DNA of 64,000 nt from Candidatus Moraniibacteriota bacterium (GCA_942490825.1 CALNYG010000013.1:125281-189280); one strand, 5' to 3'. Shown: positions 48,454-58,337, numbered from the stretch's first letter. Numbers and translations are program-made. Notes: a model not told the origin generated them from the letters alone.

Positions 48454-49869
48454 ATGCCATGGTTTGGTAAAGTTGAAATAGTTGGTGGAATTAAAATTGG
48501 CGAAGGTGAAAAAATTAAAGAGTTAGTTAGTGAAAAAGTTGAGTATTTCATGATTCCGGTAAGGGAAATAATTGCAGTTTTATTTATAATGTTGGTAATA
48601 GTTATTTTGATGTGGCGGAAAAAACATGCTTTAAATAATAAAATTGATGGTTTCTCTTGGGTTAAATATAAAGTTAAGCGAGGAGAAAATATAATAAATA
48701 TTGCATATCGTTATGGAATTTCTTGGAAAGAGTTAGTCTATAGAAATGACATTAAACCACCGTATACATTAATTTCAGGAAATGTTATAATGGTACCACC
48801 AAGACCTAAAAAAGTTTTTAAAAATACGTTTATGCAAAACAAAAATAATTTAGATAATTTTGAAAATAGTGACAACCCAGATGAAAGTTTTTATTCAGAT
48901 CAGATTAAGATTAATGTAAAGAGCGACAGTGATTCTTCCTATCAACAAGAAGCTGAATCGAGTCATCAACAAAAACGAAGTGTTGATGAAATAGGCGCAG
49001 GAAATTTTAACTTTGATGATTCAGAGCAAATTAATCCAGAAATTAATCCACAAGTCGCTTCAATACGGAGACGAAAAAGTTTTAGTGGTGAAAGGACTCA
49101 AAAGGTTAATTTAAAAAGAGAAAGACAACAACATTTTACAAATACAAATCATAAACAGCCTCCACGAAAGGATATGGATATTAGATGGATGCATGAAGAT
49201 GATGAAACATTTAGTGAAGCAATGCAAGATGAAGTAAAAGCGATCAATTTTAAAATTAAGATTTTCGTGATAATTATAATTGCTTTGGTTGGTGGCGTAG
49301 GATACTGGTTTTATGAATATGGTATGCAAGAAGAGATTGTGAAAGAAACTGCTTCAATTAATGACTTGTTAAATAATAGCGAGTCTGGTGAGGAAGAAGG
49401 TTCTACTGATGAAATTAATGCAAATTCTGATGGCAGTAATTTTGAAGCTGATGAATCTGATGAGATGACTGATGAAGACAATAATAATGATACAGATGAA
49501 AATAATACTGATCTTAATTCAGATAATGACGAAGATGGTGTTATTGCGGATAATGACGATAATGATTTGAACAATGACATTACAGATCCATCAGAGGTTT
49601 CAGTTAAGGTTTTAAATGGAGGGGCGAAGTCAGGTGTGGCTGGTGATTTGACTAATCTTTTGAAGAATAAACTTTATAATACTAAAACTGCTGCTAATGC
49701 TAATAATAATGTGGCTGGTGTTGTTGTTTATTACAAAAGCGGTTTAGATAAGGAGGCGACGGAATTGTCTAAGATTGTGCCACAAGTTTATGGTGCGACT
49801 ACATTGGAAGAGTCTGATGATGTTGTGAATGTGTATGGAGTTGATGTGATTGTGGTTGTGGGGAAATAA
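48454..49869 (+). CDS. LysM domain plus LytR_C (LCP C-terminal) domain protein with an acidic low-complexity linker
   Basis: Transmembrane anchor; LysM (YKVKRGENIINIAYRYGISWKELVYRND...VIMVP); C-terminal VKVLNGGAKSGVAGDLTNLL...VVVYYK resembles LytR_C. The true start may lie downstream of 48454. Confidence 0.55.
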   Translation: MPWFGKVEIVGGIKIGEGEKIKELVSEKVEYFMIPVREIIAVLFIMLVIVILMWRKKHALNNKIDGFSWVKYKVKRGENIINIAYRYGISWKELVYRNDIKPPYTLISGNVIMVPPRPKKVFKNTFMQNKNNLDNFENSDNPDESFYSDQIKINVKSDSDSSYQQEAESSHQQKRSVDEIGAGNFNFDDSEQINPEINPQVASIRRRKSFSGERTQKVNLKRERQQHFTNTNHKQPPRKDMDIRWMHEDDETFSEAMQDEVKAINFKIKIFVIIIIALVGGVGYWFYEYGMQEEIVKETASINDLLNNSESGEEEGSTDEINANSDGSNFEADESDEMTDEDNNNDTDENNTDLNSDNDEDGVIADNDDNDLNNDITDPSEVSVKVLNGGAKSGVAGDLTNLLKNKLYNTKTAANANNNVAGVVVYYKSGLDKEATELSKIVPQVYGATTLEESDDVVNVYGVDVIVVVGK

Positions 49870-49904
49870 TAAAATTTTAATAATTTATTTTTAAGTAAAA
49901 AAAT

Positions 49905-50690
49905 ATGAATGAAAGATTTAAACCACATAAAAAATTCGAGGTTGAACAACCAAAAAAGAAATTCATGCCTCATTCAGATAAAAAATTTGATATTAATAAA
50001 AAGAAATTTGATGTAGAAGAGGAGGGGCAACAACAAGAACAAACTAGTAATAGATTTAAGATTGAAGCTGAGTTTGGAGCTGATATGGCGGATGATAGAG
50101 TTGCTATCGGGGATATTGATTTTGAAGGCTCTCCAATTAGTTGGGCTAGACAGAGGGATGCTAATAGTTGCGGAGTTTGTATGTTGCATAACTTGGCTAA
50201 TTTTATGAATTTTGGTTATGAGGGTGATGGAAATATTTTAGAACCAATTAATGAAGTTAGACAACTTGATGGATTAGATTCTTTAGTGGAGGGTGAAAGA
50301 TTAACAACTAAAGATTTAAGGGATTATTTTTTAGAAAAAGATTATAAAATAAATACTTATGTAGATGATCTTGATAGAGAATTAATGAATAATCATATAA
50401 GATCAGAAAATTTTAATTTTATTTATACAACCACAGGAGATCACTTTACGGGAGTTGTTAAAAAAGAAAATAGATTTTTTTTGTTGGATTCATTGACGAA
50501 AAGTCCAATTGAAGTGAATGTTGATGCTATTATTACTGGTATGAATAATGCTATTGATCATGAATGCAATGTTAGTGTTGTTAATGAAGGGATTATTAAC
50601 AATCAAGATAGACTTGAAAGATTAAATTCAAATAAAGCAAGGGATATTCATGATATTAAACAAGTTAGGAGAAATATATTCGGAAAATAA
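49905..50690 (+). CDS. Hypothetical protein, possibly a papain-fold (C39-like) cysteine peptidase
   Basis: QRDANSCGVCMLHN (Gln/Cys), then a later His (GDHFTG) and Asp. Weak similarity only. Confidence 0.35.
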   Translation: MNERFKPHKKFEVEQPKKKFMPHSDKKFDINKKKFDVEEEGQQQEQTSNRFKIEAEFGADMADDRVAIGDIDFEGSPISWARQRDANSCGVCMLHNLANFMNFGYEGDGNILEPINEVRQLDGLDSLVEGERLTTKDLRDYFLEKDYKINTYVDDLDRELMNNHIRSENFNFIYTTTGDHFTGVVKKENRFFLLDSLTKSPIEVNVDAIITGMNNAIDHECNVSVVNEGIINNQDRLERLNSNKARDIHDIKQVRRNIFGK

Positions 50691-50699
50691 ATTTTTTAA

Positions 50700-51416
50700 A
50701 TGAAAAAAATACTACAAAAAGTTCGTGAAGAACTAAAAGAAAATATCGATTTAGAATACAAAAAAGGAGCGGAAAATTTTTTTAATGAACCGATTGAACT
50801 TTATGGTGTGCGGGCAGGAATTGTGCGGAAAATCGCTAAAGAAAATTATAAAGAAATAAAAGATTTAAAGAAAAAAGAAGTTTTCAATCTTTGCGAAGAA
50901 CTTTTAAAATCAAATTTACTTGAGGAATCAACTGTCGCATTTGCTTGGGCGAGAAATAAAAAAGACGAATTCAAAAAGTCAGATTTTACTACTTTTGAAA
51001 AGTGGTTAAAAAATTACGTTAATACTTGGAGTAAATGTGATGATTTTTGCACGCATTCTTTTGGAGAATTAATTTTTAAATTTCCAGAACTTTTGTCAAA
51101 AGTTGAAAAATGGAAAAGATCAAAAAATCGTTGGGTACGGCGAGCGTCGAGTATAATTTTTATTCATCCTATAAAACAGGAAAAAAAGTCTTTTCTAAAA
51201 AATATTTTTGAAGTCTCTCAGTATTTTATTGATGTGCAGGATGAGGATGATTTGGTACAAAAAGGTTACGGTTGGACTTTGAAAGTAGCGTCAGATTTTT
51301 ATCCAAAAAAAGTTTTTGATTTTGTTTTTAAAAATAAGAAAATAATGCCTCGAACGGCACTTCGTTATGCGATTGAAAAAATGCCGAGAGATTGGAAGAA
51401 TGAGGCAATGAAGTAA
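50700..51416 (+). CDS. DNA alkylation repair protein (AlkC/AlkD-like HEAT-repeat glycosylase)
   Basis: Size, helical repeats and the W-x-RRA segment (WVRRASSIIFI) typical of the DNA_alkylation family. Confidence 0.5.
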   Translation: MKKILQKVREELKENIDLEYKKGAENFFNEPIELYGVRAGIVRKIAKENYKEIKDLKKKEVFNLCEELLKSNLLEESTVAFAWARNKKDEFKKSDFTTFEKWLKNYVNTWSKCDDFCTHSFGELIFKFPELLSKVEKWKRSKNRWVRRASSIIFIHPIKQEKKSFLKNIFEVSQYFIDVQDEDDLVQKGYGWTLKVASDFYPKKVFDFVFKNKKIMPRTALRYAIEKMPRDWKNEAMK

Positions 51417-51441
51417 TTTTATTAATTTTTGCAAATTTTCC

Positions 51442-51640
51442 AGACATGTCATTCCGGAAGATATAATTTGTTCAAGAGCGTAGTCCTGTTACCATACGGT
51501 ACAGGGCGTAGCGATTGAATACAAATTAATCTGTTCAGTATCTACACGTTAAGTTTAAAGAAGTCTAAGAGTACATCTTTCTTTCGAGATCCTGAAAAAT
51601 ATTTTTCCGCTTTGCTACAAAATATTTTTCAGGATGACAC
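51442..51640. repeat. Miniature inverted-repeat family 1, full-length copy (19-bp termini AGACATGTCATTCCGGAAG ... TTTTCAGGATGACA)
   Basis: About 199 bp. Collinear with 57214-57403 and 59246-59433. Contains an extra 28-nt hairpin insert (TCCTGTTACCATACGGTACAGGGCGTAG). Confidence 0.55.
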
Positions 51641-51726
51641 TGCGAAAAGCCAATGAGGTGTTTGAACACTTTTAAAGAAGTGTTTTTTTGTGTTAAAATA
51701 AAAGTATAATTATTAAAAATAAAAAT

Positions 51727-52107
51727 ATGATGGTGCAAAATTTGCATGAAGTTTATAAATGTGAAGTTTGTGGGAATATTGTTGAAGTTAATCATGCTGG
51801 TGGTGGAGAATTAGTTTGTTGTAATCAACCGATGAATTTACAAACTGAGAATACTGAAGATGCAGCGACTGAAAAACATGTTCCAGTTATTGAAAAGATT
51901 GAAGGCGGAATTAAGGTTACAGTTGGTGAGGTTGAACATCCAATGGATGAGGATCATTACATTGAATGGATTGAGGTAATTATTGATGAGGAGGTTCAAA
52001 AAGTTTTCTTGAATCCTGGTGATAAGCCAGAAGTGGTTTTTGCGATTGAGGCTGATGATGTGGTGGTACGGGCGTATTGTAATTTACATGGGTTGTGGAA
52101 GGCTTAA
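51727..52107 (+). CDS. dfx: Desulfoferrodoxin (2Fe superoxide reductase)
   Basis: N-terminal desulforedoxin CxxC...CC site, then the SOR site ([23 protein letters not shown]). Confidence 0.8.
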   Translation: MMVQNLHEVYKCEVCGNIVEVNHAGGGELVCCNQPMNLQTENTEDAATEKHVPVIEKIEGGIKVTVGEVEHPMDEDHYIEWIEVIIDEEVQKVFLNPGDKPEVVFAIEADDVVVRAYCNLHGLWKA

Positions 52108-52127
52108 TGTAAAATTATTTTTTGACT

Positions 52128-52156
52128 GTAGAAACAAGGCAATGCCTTGTTTCTAC
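52128..52156 (+). terminator. Hairpin terminator (GTAGAAACAAGGC-aat-GCCTTGTTTCTAC)
   Basis: Perfect 13-bp stem. Part of a 65-nt element shared with the rbr 3' region. Confidence 0.6.
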
Positions 52157-52187
52157 GAATTAGGAAATAATTTTAAAATTTTTAGTT

Positions 52188-53282
52188 ATGAATATTAAAA
52201 AAATACAGGATGCTAATGTTGAGGGAAAAAATGTTTTGATGCGAGTTGATTTTAATGTTTCCCTTGATGAGAAAGGCGACGTTATTGAAGCACATAAAAT
52301 TCGAGCGGCAAAAGATGGTCTTGAGTGGTTGATTGAAAATGGTGCAAAAAAAATTGCTTTGCTCACTCATTTTGGTCGTCCAGATGGTGAGGTTAAATCT
52401 GAATTTTCAGTTAAACAAATTGCTGATGATGTTGAGAGAATTTTAGAAAGAAAAGTTTTTTTTGTGAATGATTGTATTGGTGAGAAAGTTAAAAATGAAA
52501 TTGAGAATGGTGAAGATAAAATCGTTCTTTTAGAAAATGTTCGTTTTTACGCTGAAGAAAAAAAAGGCGACATTGAGTTTGCAAAAAAATTGGCTGAACC
52601 TTTTGATATTTATGTGAATGATTCTTTCGGAGTTGATCATCGTGGTCATGCTTCTCTTTATGCTATTGCGGATATTCTTCCATCGTATGGTGGGATTTGG
52701 TTACAAAAAGAAATTGAAAATTTAAAGAAAGTTAAAAATTTGCAAAATCGTCTTGCTGTGGCGATTATTGGTGGGTCGAAGATTGCGACTAAATTACCTT
52801 TGATTGAGATGTTTGAAAAAAGTTATGATTATGTTTTAGTTGGTGGGCGAGTGGCGGTTGAGGCGATTGAGCAGGGGATTGAATTTTCAGAAAAGGTTAT
52901 TTTGCCAGTTGATTTTACGGGCGGGACTTTGGATATTGGTCCAAAAACAATTGAGCTTTTTCGGGAAAAAATTGAGCAGGCAAAAACGATTGTGTGGAAT
53001 GGTCCGATGGGAAAATTCGAGGAAAAGCCTTATGATACTGGAACGCGGGAATTGGTTAAGTTTGTGGCGGAAAATAAGAATGCTTTTAGTTTGATTGGTG
53101 GTGGGGAAAGTGTTCAGGCTTTGGCGGAGAGTGGGTATTGGGATGATATTTCTTTTGTTTCGACTGGAGGCGGGGCGATGTTGAGTTTTTTGATTGGTGA
53201 AAAGATGTTGGGGATCGAGGCACTACAGGATTTTTCAGCTACTGTAGATTTTTTTAATTCATTGATATCTCGTCCATCATAA
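52188..53282 (+). CDS. pgk: Phosphoglycerate kinase
   Basis: RVDFNVSLD N-terminal signature and the two-domain PGK layout. Confidence 0.9.
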   Translation: MNIKKIQDANVEGKNVLMRVDFNVSLDEKGDVIEAHKIRAAKDGLEWLIENGAKKIALLTHFGRPDGEVKSEFSVKQIADDVERILERKVFFVNDCIGEKVKNEIENGEDKIVLLENVRFYAEEKKGDIEFAKKLAEPFDIYVNDSFGVDHRGHASLYAIADILPSYGGIWLQKEIENLKKVKNLQNRLAVAIIGGSKIATKLPLIEMFEKSYDYVLVGGRVAVEAIEQGIEFSEKVILPVDFTGGTLDIGPKTIELFREKIEQAKTIVWNGPMGKFEEKPYDTGTRELVKFVAENKNAFSLIGGGESVQALAESGYWDDISFVSTGGGAMLSFLIGEKMLGIEALQDFSATVDFFNSLISRPS

Positions 53283-53383
53283 TTTTAAGCAGAAAAATTA
53301 ATAATAGCAATGATATTGATTTTTTTGATCGGGGAAGAGATATTGGGAATTGAGGTATAGGTAGTTAAGTAAATTACGTTGAT

Positions 53384-54694
53384 TTGTTGGGTTTAAAAAC
53401 TTTTAATTTATATAAAATGATAAATGATCAACTAAAAAATAAAAAAGAATTAGAATTGTTTTTGTCTAAATATATACCAAAAATGACAAATAGATTTTTT
53501 GGTTTGGAAGGATTAAAAAAAATGAAATACTTTTTACAATTGTTGGGAAGTCCACAAAATAAATTAAAAGTCATTCATCTTGCTGGTACATCTGGCAAAG
53601 GCAGTACAGCTTTTTTAACAAGTGTATTACTAAAAGCTTCTGGTTTTAAAACAGGTCTACATTTAAGCCCTCATCTTTTAGATATTCGAGAACGATGTCA
53701 AATTAATAATAAATTATTAAGTGACGAGGAATTTGTTTGCTGTTTTAATGAAATATTACCTGTCATTGAAAAAATGCAAAATTCTAGATATGGAAAATTA
53801 ACATATTTTGAAATAATAGTGGGATTAGCTTTTTATATTTTTGAAAAGAAAAAGGTAGATTATGCGATTATCGAAACTGGTTTAGGTGGCACTTATGATG
53901 GAACAAATGTTGTAGACGATAATAAAATCGTTATTTTAACTAAAATTGGTCGAGATCATATTGAAATTCTTGGGGAAAGTATTAGAGAAATTGCTTCAAA
54001 TAAAGCAGGAATAATTCAAAATGAAAATATAGTCATTTCTATTAAACAAAAAATAGAAGCTAAAAAAGTTATTGATCAAGTTTGTAAAAAAAAGCAGGCC
54101 ACTTTATATTATTTAAATAAGTGGAATGATGTCAGTTTAAATTTAAATGGAGATTATCAAAAAGAAAATTATGCTTTAGCATCAAAGGCGGTTTCTTTGC
54201 TATCCAAAAGAGATAATTTTAAAATTAATAAAAATAAAGTTAAACAAGCCTTAGATAGTATTACTTTTAAAGGCAGGTTTGATATAATCAAATTTAGAAA
54301 CAAAACTTTAATTTTAGATGGAGCTCATAATCCTCAAAAAATGGAAGCGTTTATTAGTTCTTTGGTAAAAAAATATCCAAAAAAGAAATTTAATTTTTTG
54401 GTAGCTTTTAAACAAAAGAAAGATTTTCAGAAAATGTTAAAGTTGATTATGCCAATTGCTAAGTGTATTACAGTTACGAATATTTACACAGAAGGAAAAG
54501 ATAAAATTTTTCATGCAAAAAACAAAGAAAAGATAATAAATTTTATAATAAAAAATAATTTCCAAAATTATCAATTTATTGATAAAGCTCAAAATGCTTT
54601 TCAACAATGTCTTTTGAAAGAAGATGAAAACTTACTAGTTGTAACCGGATCTTTTTATTTATTAACAGAAATTTATCAATTGATAGATAAATAG
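53384..54694 (+). CDS. folC: Folylpolyglutamate synthase / dihydrofolate synthase (Mur ligase family)
   Basis: P-loop HLAGTSGKGST, Mur ligase middle and C-terminal domains. Confidence 0.8.
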   Translation: MLGLKTFNLYKMINDQLKNKKELELFLSKYIPKMTNRFFGLEGLKKMKYFLQLLGSPQNKLKVIHLAGTSGKGSTAFLTSVLLKASGFKTGLHLSPHLLDIRERCQINNKLLSDEEFVCCFNEILPVIEKMQNSRYGKLTYFEIIVGLAFYIFEKKKVDYAIIETGLGGTYDGTNVVDDNKIVILTKIGRDHIEILGESIREIASNKAGIIQNENIVISIKQKIEAKKVIDQVCKKKQATLYYLNKWNDVSLNLNGDYQKENYALASKAVSLLSKRDNFKINKNKVKQALDSITFKGRFDIIKFRNKTLILDGAHNPQKMEAFISSLVKKYPKKKFNFLVAFKQKKDFQKMLKLIMPIAKCITVTNIYTEGKDKIFHAKNKEKIINFIIKNNFQNYQFIDKAQNAFQQCLLKEDENLLVVTGSFYLLTEIYQLIDK

Positions 54695-54770
54695 ATAGTG
54701 AATATTTTAAAGTTTGGAAATAATAATTTCGAATTTATGCTCTTAAAGAATAATATAAACTTTCAAATTT

Positions 54771-54791
54771 AAAAGCCCGTGCGGCGAGCAC
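54771..54791 (+). promoter_or_regulatory. GC-rich motif, copy 5, 65 nt upstream of rbr
   Basis: AAAAGCCCGTGCGGCGAGCAC plus a T8 run. Confidence 0.5.
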
Positions 54792-54858
54792 TTTTTTTTG
54801 AAAACAAATTAAAACAATGCTATATTAATAAAGTAAATTAATCATTAAAAATAAAACT

Positions 54859-55434
54859 ATGAAAAGTTTAGAGGGAACACAGACAGAGCAAAATTTATTG
54901 AAATCTTTTGCGGGAGAGTCGCAAGCTCGAATGCGGTATGACTATTTCGCAAGTGCAGCAAAAAAAGAAGGTTTTGAACAAATTTCAGCGATTTTTGCAG
55001 AGACAGCTTTGAATGAAAAAGAGCATGCAAAACGATTTTTTAAATTTTTAGAGGGTCGAATGGTGGAAATTACAGCTACTTATCCAGCGGGAAAAATTGG
55101 AACGACTGCGGAAAATTTGAAGGCAAGTGCAGAGGGAGAGAATGAAGAATGGACTGATTTGTATCCAGAGTTTGCTAGAGTTGCGGAGATGGAGGGTTTT
55201 CCAGAAATTTCTATGGTTTTTTCAAAGATTGCGGAAGTTGAAAAGGCTCATGAAAATCGTTATCGTAAACTTTTGGCAAATATTGAAAATGGTGAGGTTT
55301 TTAAAAAGGATGGAGAATCTGTTTGGAAGTGTCGAAATTGTGGTTATTTGCATACTGGAAGTGAGGCGTTGGAAGAATGTCCGTCATGTGCTCATCCGCA
55401 GGCTCACTTTGAACTTTTTGTGGAGAATTACTAA
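54859..55434 (+). CDS. rbr: Rubrerythrin
   Basis: Diiron four-helix ferritin-like domain (E...ExxH twice) plus a C-terminal rubredoxin-like CxxC...CxxC (CRNCGY...CPSCAHP). Confidence 0.85.
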   Translation: MKSLEGTQTEQNLLKSFAGESQARMRYDYFASAAKKEGFEQISAIFAETALNEKEHAKRFFKFLEGRMVEITATYPAGKIGTTAENLKASAEGENEEWTDLYPEFARVAEMEGFPEISMVFSKIAEVEKAHENRYRKLLANIENGEVFKKDGESVWKCRNCGYLHTGSEALEECPSCAHPQAHFELFVENY

Positions 55435-55445
55435 GTTAGTAACTG

Positions 55446-55519
55446 GTAATCAGTAACTTGTAACCAGTTTTGAAGAATTGCTTTTTGACTGTAGAGATGA
55501 GGTAGTGTCTTGTCTCTAC
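55446..55519 (+). terminator. Two successive hairpins after rbr (AACTGGTAA...TTACCAGTT plus T4, and GTAGAGATGAGG...CTTGTCTCTAC)
   Basis: The second hairpin and its flanks (TTTTTGACTGTAGA...CTACGAAT(T/C)AGGAAATAATTTT) are paralogous to the dfx terminator element. Confidence 0.45.
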
Positions 55520-55550
55520 GAATCAGGAAATAATTTTTAATAAAATATGT

Positions 55551-55973
55551 ATGAGATTTGAACAACCAAATTTTAATGTTCCAGAACAAGAAAATAATGA
55601 AAGTAATGAGCAAAAAATAAAAGATCGCTTATATAAGAGCGTTCAGGAAATGTATGAATATGTTATGTTTAGTGGTGGAGAAAGATGGTTAGGATATAGT
55701 GCAAGTGTGGGATTTGATGTTTCTGATATTGGATATTTTGAGCCACCTCTTCAAAAATTACTTTCTTTAATTCATCAAAAGCTTGAAGAATCTTCAAGTG
55801 ATGAATATACTAACTTAATTGAAAGAAGTGTTAGTGCTTTAAGAGAATTTGATTATAAAAAAGAAATTATGGATTCTTTTCATGATGAATTTGTTGAATT
55901 AGGATGTCCTGAAATAATTGAACATGTTGCAAGTGAATTAGAAAAAGCGGTTGGTGATGTTAAAAATATGTAA
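55551..55973 (+). CDS. Hypothetical protein
   Basis: 140-aa acidic ORF with no recognisable family. Confidence 0.4.
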   Translation: MRFEQPNFNVPEQENNESNEQKIKDRLYKSVQEMYEYVMFSGGERWLGYSASVGFDVSDIGYFEPPLQKLLSLIHQKLEESSSDEYTNLIERSVSALREFDYKKEIMDSFHDEFVELGCPEIIEHVASELEKAVGDVKNM

Positions 55974-55983
55974 ATTAAATATT

Positions 55984-57180
55984 ATGGATAAAAAAGAATT
56001 AGAAAAAAAAGTTGATGAGATTTTGGAGCGGGGGGTTGATGAGGTTATTGGAAAAGAACATTTGCGAGAACGGCTTTTGTCTGGTGAAAAGTTAAGAATT
56101 AAATTTGGAACTGATCCAACTAGTCCTAATTTGCATTTAGGCAGGGCAGTGCCACTTTTAAAACTTTTAGATTTTCAAAAACTTGGTCATCAAATTGTTT
56201 TACTTGTTGGAAATGCGACTGGTGTGATTGGTGATACTTCTGATAAAGAATCAGAGCGACCGATGTTAACTCATGAAATGGTTGAGAAAAACATGCAAAG
56301 TTACAAAGATCAAGCGGCGAAAATTTTAGATATTGAAAAAGTTGAAGTTGTTTATAATGCGGATTGGTTAGATGAATTAGGCTATAAAGAAATCGGAGAG
56401 CATGCGGATTGTTTTTCGGTGCATGAATTTATTTCTCGAGACAATATTAAAAAGCGTTTAGATGCGGGGAAGCGAGTTTCTTTACGTGAGGTTTTGTATC
56501 CGTTGATGCAGGGATATGATAGTGTGGCGGTGCGAGCGGATGTTGAGTTGGGTGGAACTGATCAGCGTTTTAATCTTTTGGCTGGGCGAACTTTGCAGGG
56601 GAATTTTGATCAAGAACCGCAGGATATTGTTATGACGAATATTATCAATGGAACTGATGGGCGAAAGATGAGTAGTAGTTGGGGAAATACAATTAATCTT
56701 ACGGATCCTGCTCGAGACATGGGTGAAAAAATTATGAATATGCCTGATGATATTATCGAGGATTATTTTGTGCATTGTACTCGAGTTGATCTTGATGAGG
56801 TTGCGGAAATTTTAAAGTTGGATGATCCTCGTGAACAGAAAATTAAATTGGCTCAAGCGATTATTTCTCTTTATTATAATGATGAAATAGCACAGAGTGA
56901 AGCGGAATTTTTGCGAAAGAAATTTATTGAAAAGAATGTTGTGGATGAAGTTGAAGAATTTAAAGTTAAAGAAAATGAAAGTATCTTGGATGTTTTGGTT
57001 AATTCTGGTGGGGCGAGTAGCAAGGGCGATGCGAGACGGAAAATTGAGCAGGGCGGTGTTTCGATTGATGGTGAGAAAGTTGTTGATGTGAATTATGTTA
57101 TTTCTGAAAATGATAATGGAAAGGTTTTGAAAGTCGGAAAGAAGTTTTTTCGGAAGATTATTGTCGGATATAAAGTTTAA
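55984..57180 (+). CDS. tyrS: Tyrosyl-tRNA synthetase
   Basis: Class I HIGH-like (PNLHLGRA) and KMSSS motifs, with a C-terminal S4 domain (SSKGDARRKIEQGGVSIDGEKV). Confidence 0.85.
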   Translation: MDKKELEKKVDEILERGVDEVIGKEHLRERLLSGEKLRIKFGTDPTSPNLHLGRAVPLLKLLDFQKLGHQIVLLVGNATGVIGDTSDKESERPMLTHEMVEKNMQSYKDQAAKILDIEKVEVVYNADWLDELGYKEIGEHADCFSVHEFISRDNIKKRLDAGKRVSLREVLYPLMQGYDSVAVRADVELGGTDQRFNLLAGRTLQGNFDQEPQDIVMTNIINGTDGRKMSSSWGNTINLTDPARDMGEKIMNMPDDIIEDYFVHCTRVDLDEVAEILKLDDPREQKIKLAQAIISLYYNDEIAQSEAEFLRKKFIEKNVVDEVEEFKVKENESILDVLVNSGGASSKGDARRKIEQGGVSIDGEKVVDVNYVISENDNGKVLKVGKKFFRKIIVGYKV

Positions 57181-57183
57181 AAA

Positions 57184-57203
57184 GTGCTCGCCGCACGGGC
57201 TTT
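57184..57203 (-). promoter_or_regulatory. GC-rich motif, copy 6, in reverse orientation immediately after the tyrS stop
   Basis: The reverse complement reads AAAGCCCGTGCGGCGAGCAC plus T5. This is the only minus-orientation copy. Confidence 0.45.
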
Positions 57204-57213
57204 TCACTATTTT

Positions 57214-57403
57214 TTGTACATGTCATGCTGGAAGATGTAATTTTTTGTAGAGACGTATTGCAATACGTCTTTGAATACAAATTAATCTGTTCAGTATCTA
57301 CACTTTAAATTTAAAGAAAATTTAAAGTACATCGTTCTTCTGAGATCCTGAATAAATTATTTTTCCACTTTGTTACAAAATAATTTTTCAGGATGACATG
57401 TCT
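57214..57403. repeat. Miniature inverted-repeat family 1, full-length copy
   Basis: ACATGTCATgCtGGAAGATG ... TTTTCAGGATGACATGTCT. Contains the hairpin GTAGAGACGTATTGCAATACGTCT with compensatory substitutions. Confidence 0.55.
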
Positions 57404-57418
57404 AATTGATCTAAAAAT

Positions 57419-58306
57419 ATGAAATGGATTGTTTTGCAAATTATTAAAATTTATCAGAGAACCTTATCGTTGGATCATGGGATTTTTGCGAAAGTTTATG
57501 GCAAACCTTTATGCAGATTTCATCCAACTTGTTCGGAATATACTTTTGAGTCGGTAAAAAGATTTGGAATTATTAAAGGATTATTTCTGGGTTCAAAAAG
57601 GGTTTTGCGATGTCATCCCTGGAATGAGGGCGGTTTTGATCCTGTGCCTGAAAAATATAAATTTAAAAATATGAAAATATTTATAGATTTTGACGATGTT
57701 TTGTTTTGTACGCGAGATTTTAAAATTGATTTTAAAAAAGTTTTTGAGAATGAAGGAATCTCTAGTGAAGAATTTGATGAGACCTATAAAATTGTCAGAA
57801 AAAGTGAAAAGGGAATTGACAGTTATAATTATGATGAGCATATTAACATTTTAGATAAGAAAAATATTGTTGAAAAAAATGTTTTAAAAAAAGCTATCAA
57901 TAACTTCTTAATCAATTCTGAAAAATATGTATTTGATGATGCTATAAATTTTTTAGAGAAGAGTAGAAAAAGAGGAGATGAGTTATTTATGATTTCATTT
58001 GGATCGGATGTTTTTCAGAAAGATAAAATTAAAAATAGTGGTTTAAGTAAATATTTTTTAGATATTAAAGTTGGTGATATAAATAAAGCGATCGAAATTA
58101 AAAATATTATTGGTGAAAATACTGATGGTAAAATGTGGTTTATTGATGATAGAATTGAACAGATTGAGATTGTTAAGAAAACTTTTCCTTATATAAAAAC
58201 TATTTTACTAAAAAGGAACGATGGTAGATATTTTGAAGAGTTGAATAAATTTTGTGATTTTGAAGTGGAAAATTTTGAACAAATTAATGAAATAATAAAT
58301 AGTTGA
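57419..58306 (+). CDS. yidD: YidD-like membrane protein insertion efficiency factor fused to a C-terminal HAD-like hydrolase domain
   Basis: The N-terminal 75 aa match YidD (CRFHPTCSEYTFESVKRFG...CHPWNEGGFDPVP). The remainder begins with the HAD motif I FIDFDDVLF. Confidence 0.65.
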   Translation: MKWIVLQIIKIYQRTLSLDHGIFAKVYGKPLCRFHPTCSEYTFESVKRFGIIKGLFLGSKRVLRCHPWNEGGFDPVPEKYKFKNMKIFIDFDDVLFCTRDFKIDFKKVFENEGISSEEFDETYKIVRKSEKGIDSYNYDEHINILDKKNIVEKNVLKKAINNFLINSEKYVFDDAINFLEKSRKRGDELFMISFGSDVFQKDKIKNSGLSKYFLDIKVGDINKAIEIKNIIGENTDGKMWFIDDRIEQIEIVKKTFPYIKTILLKRNDGRYFEELNKFCDFEVENFEQINEIINS

Positions 58307-58337
58307 ATTTAATGACTATTTTGTTTATAATGAATTT

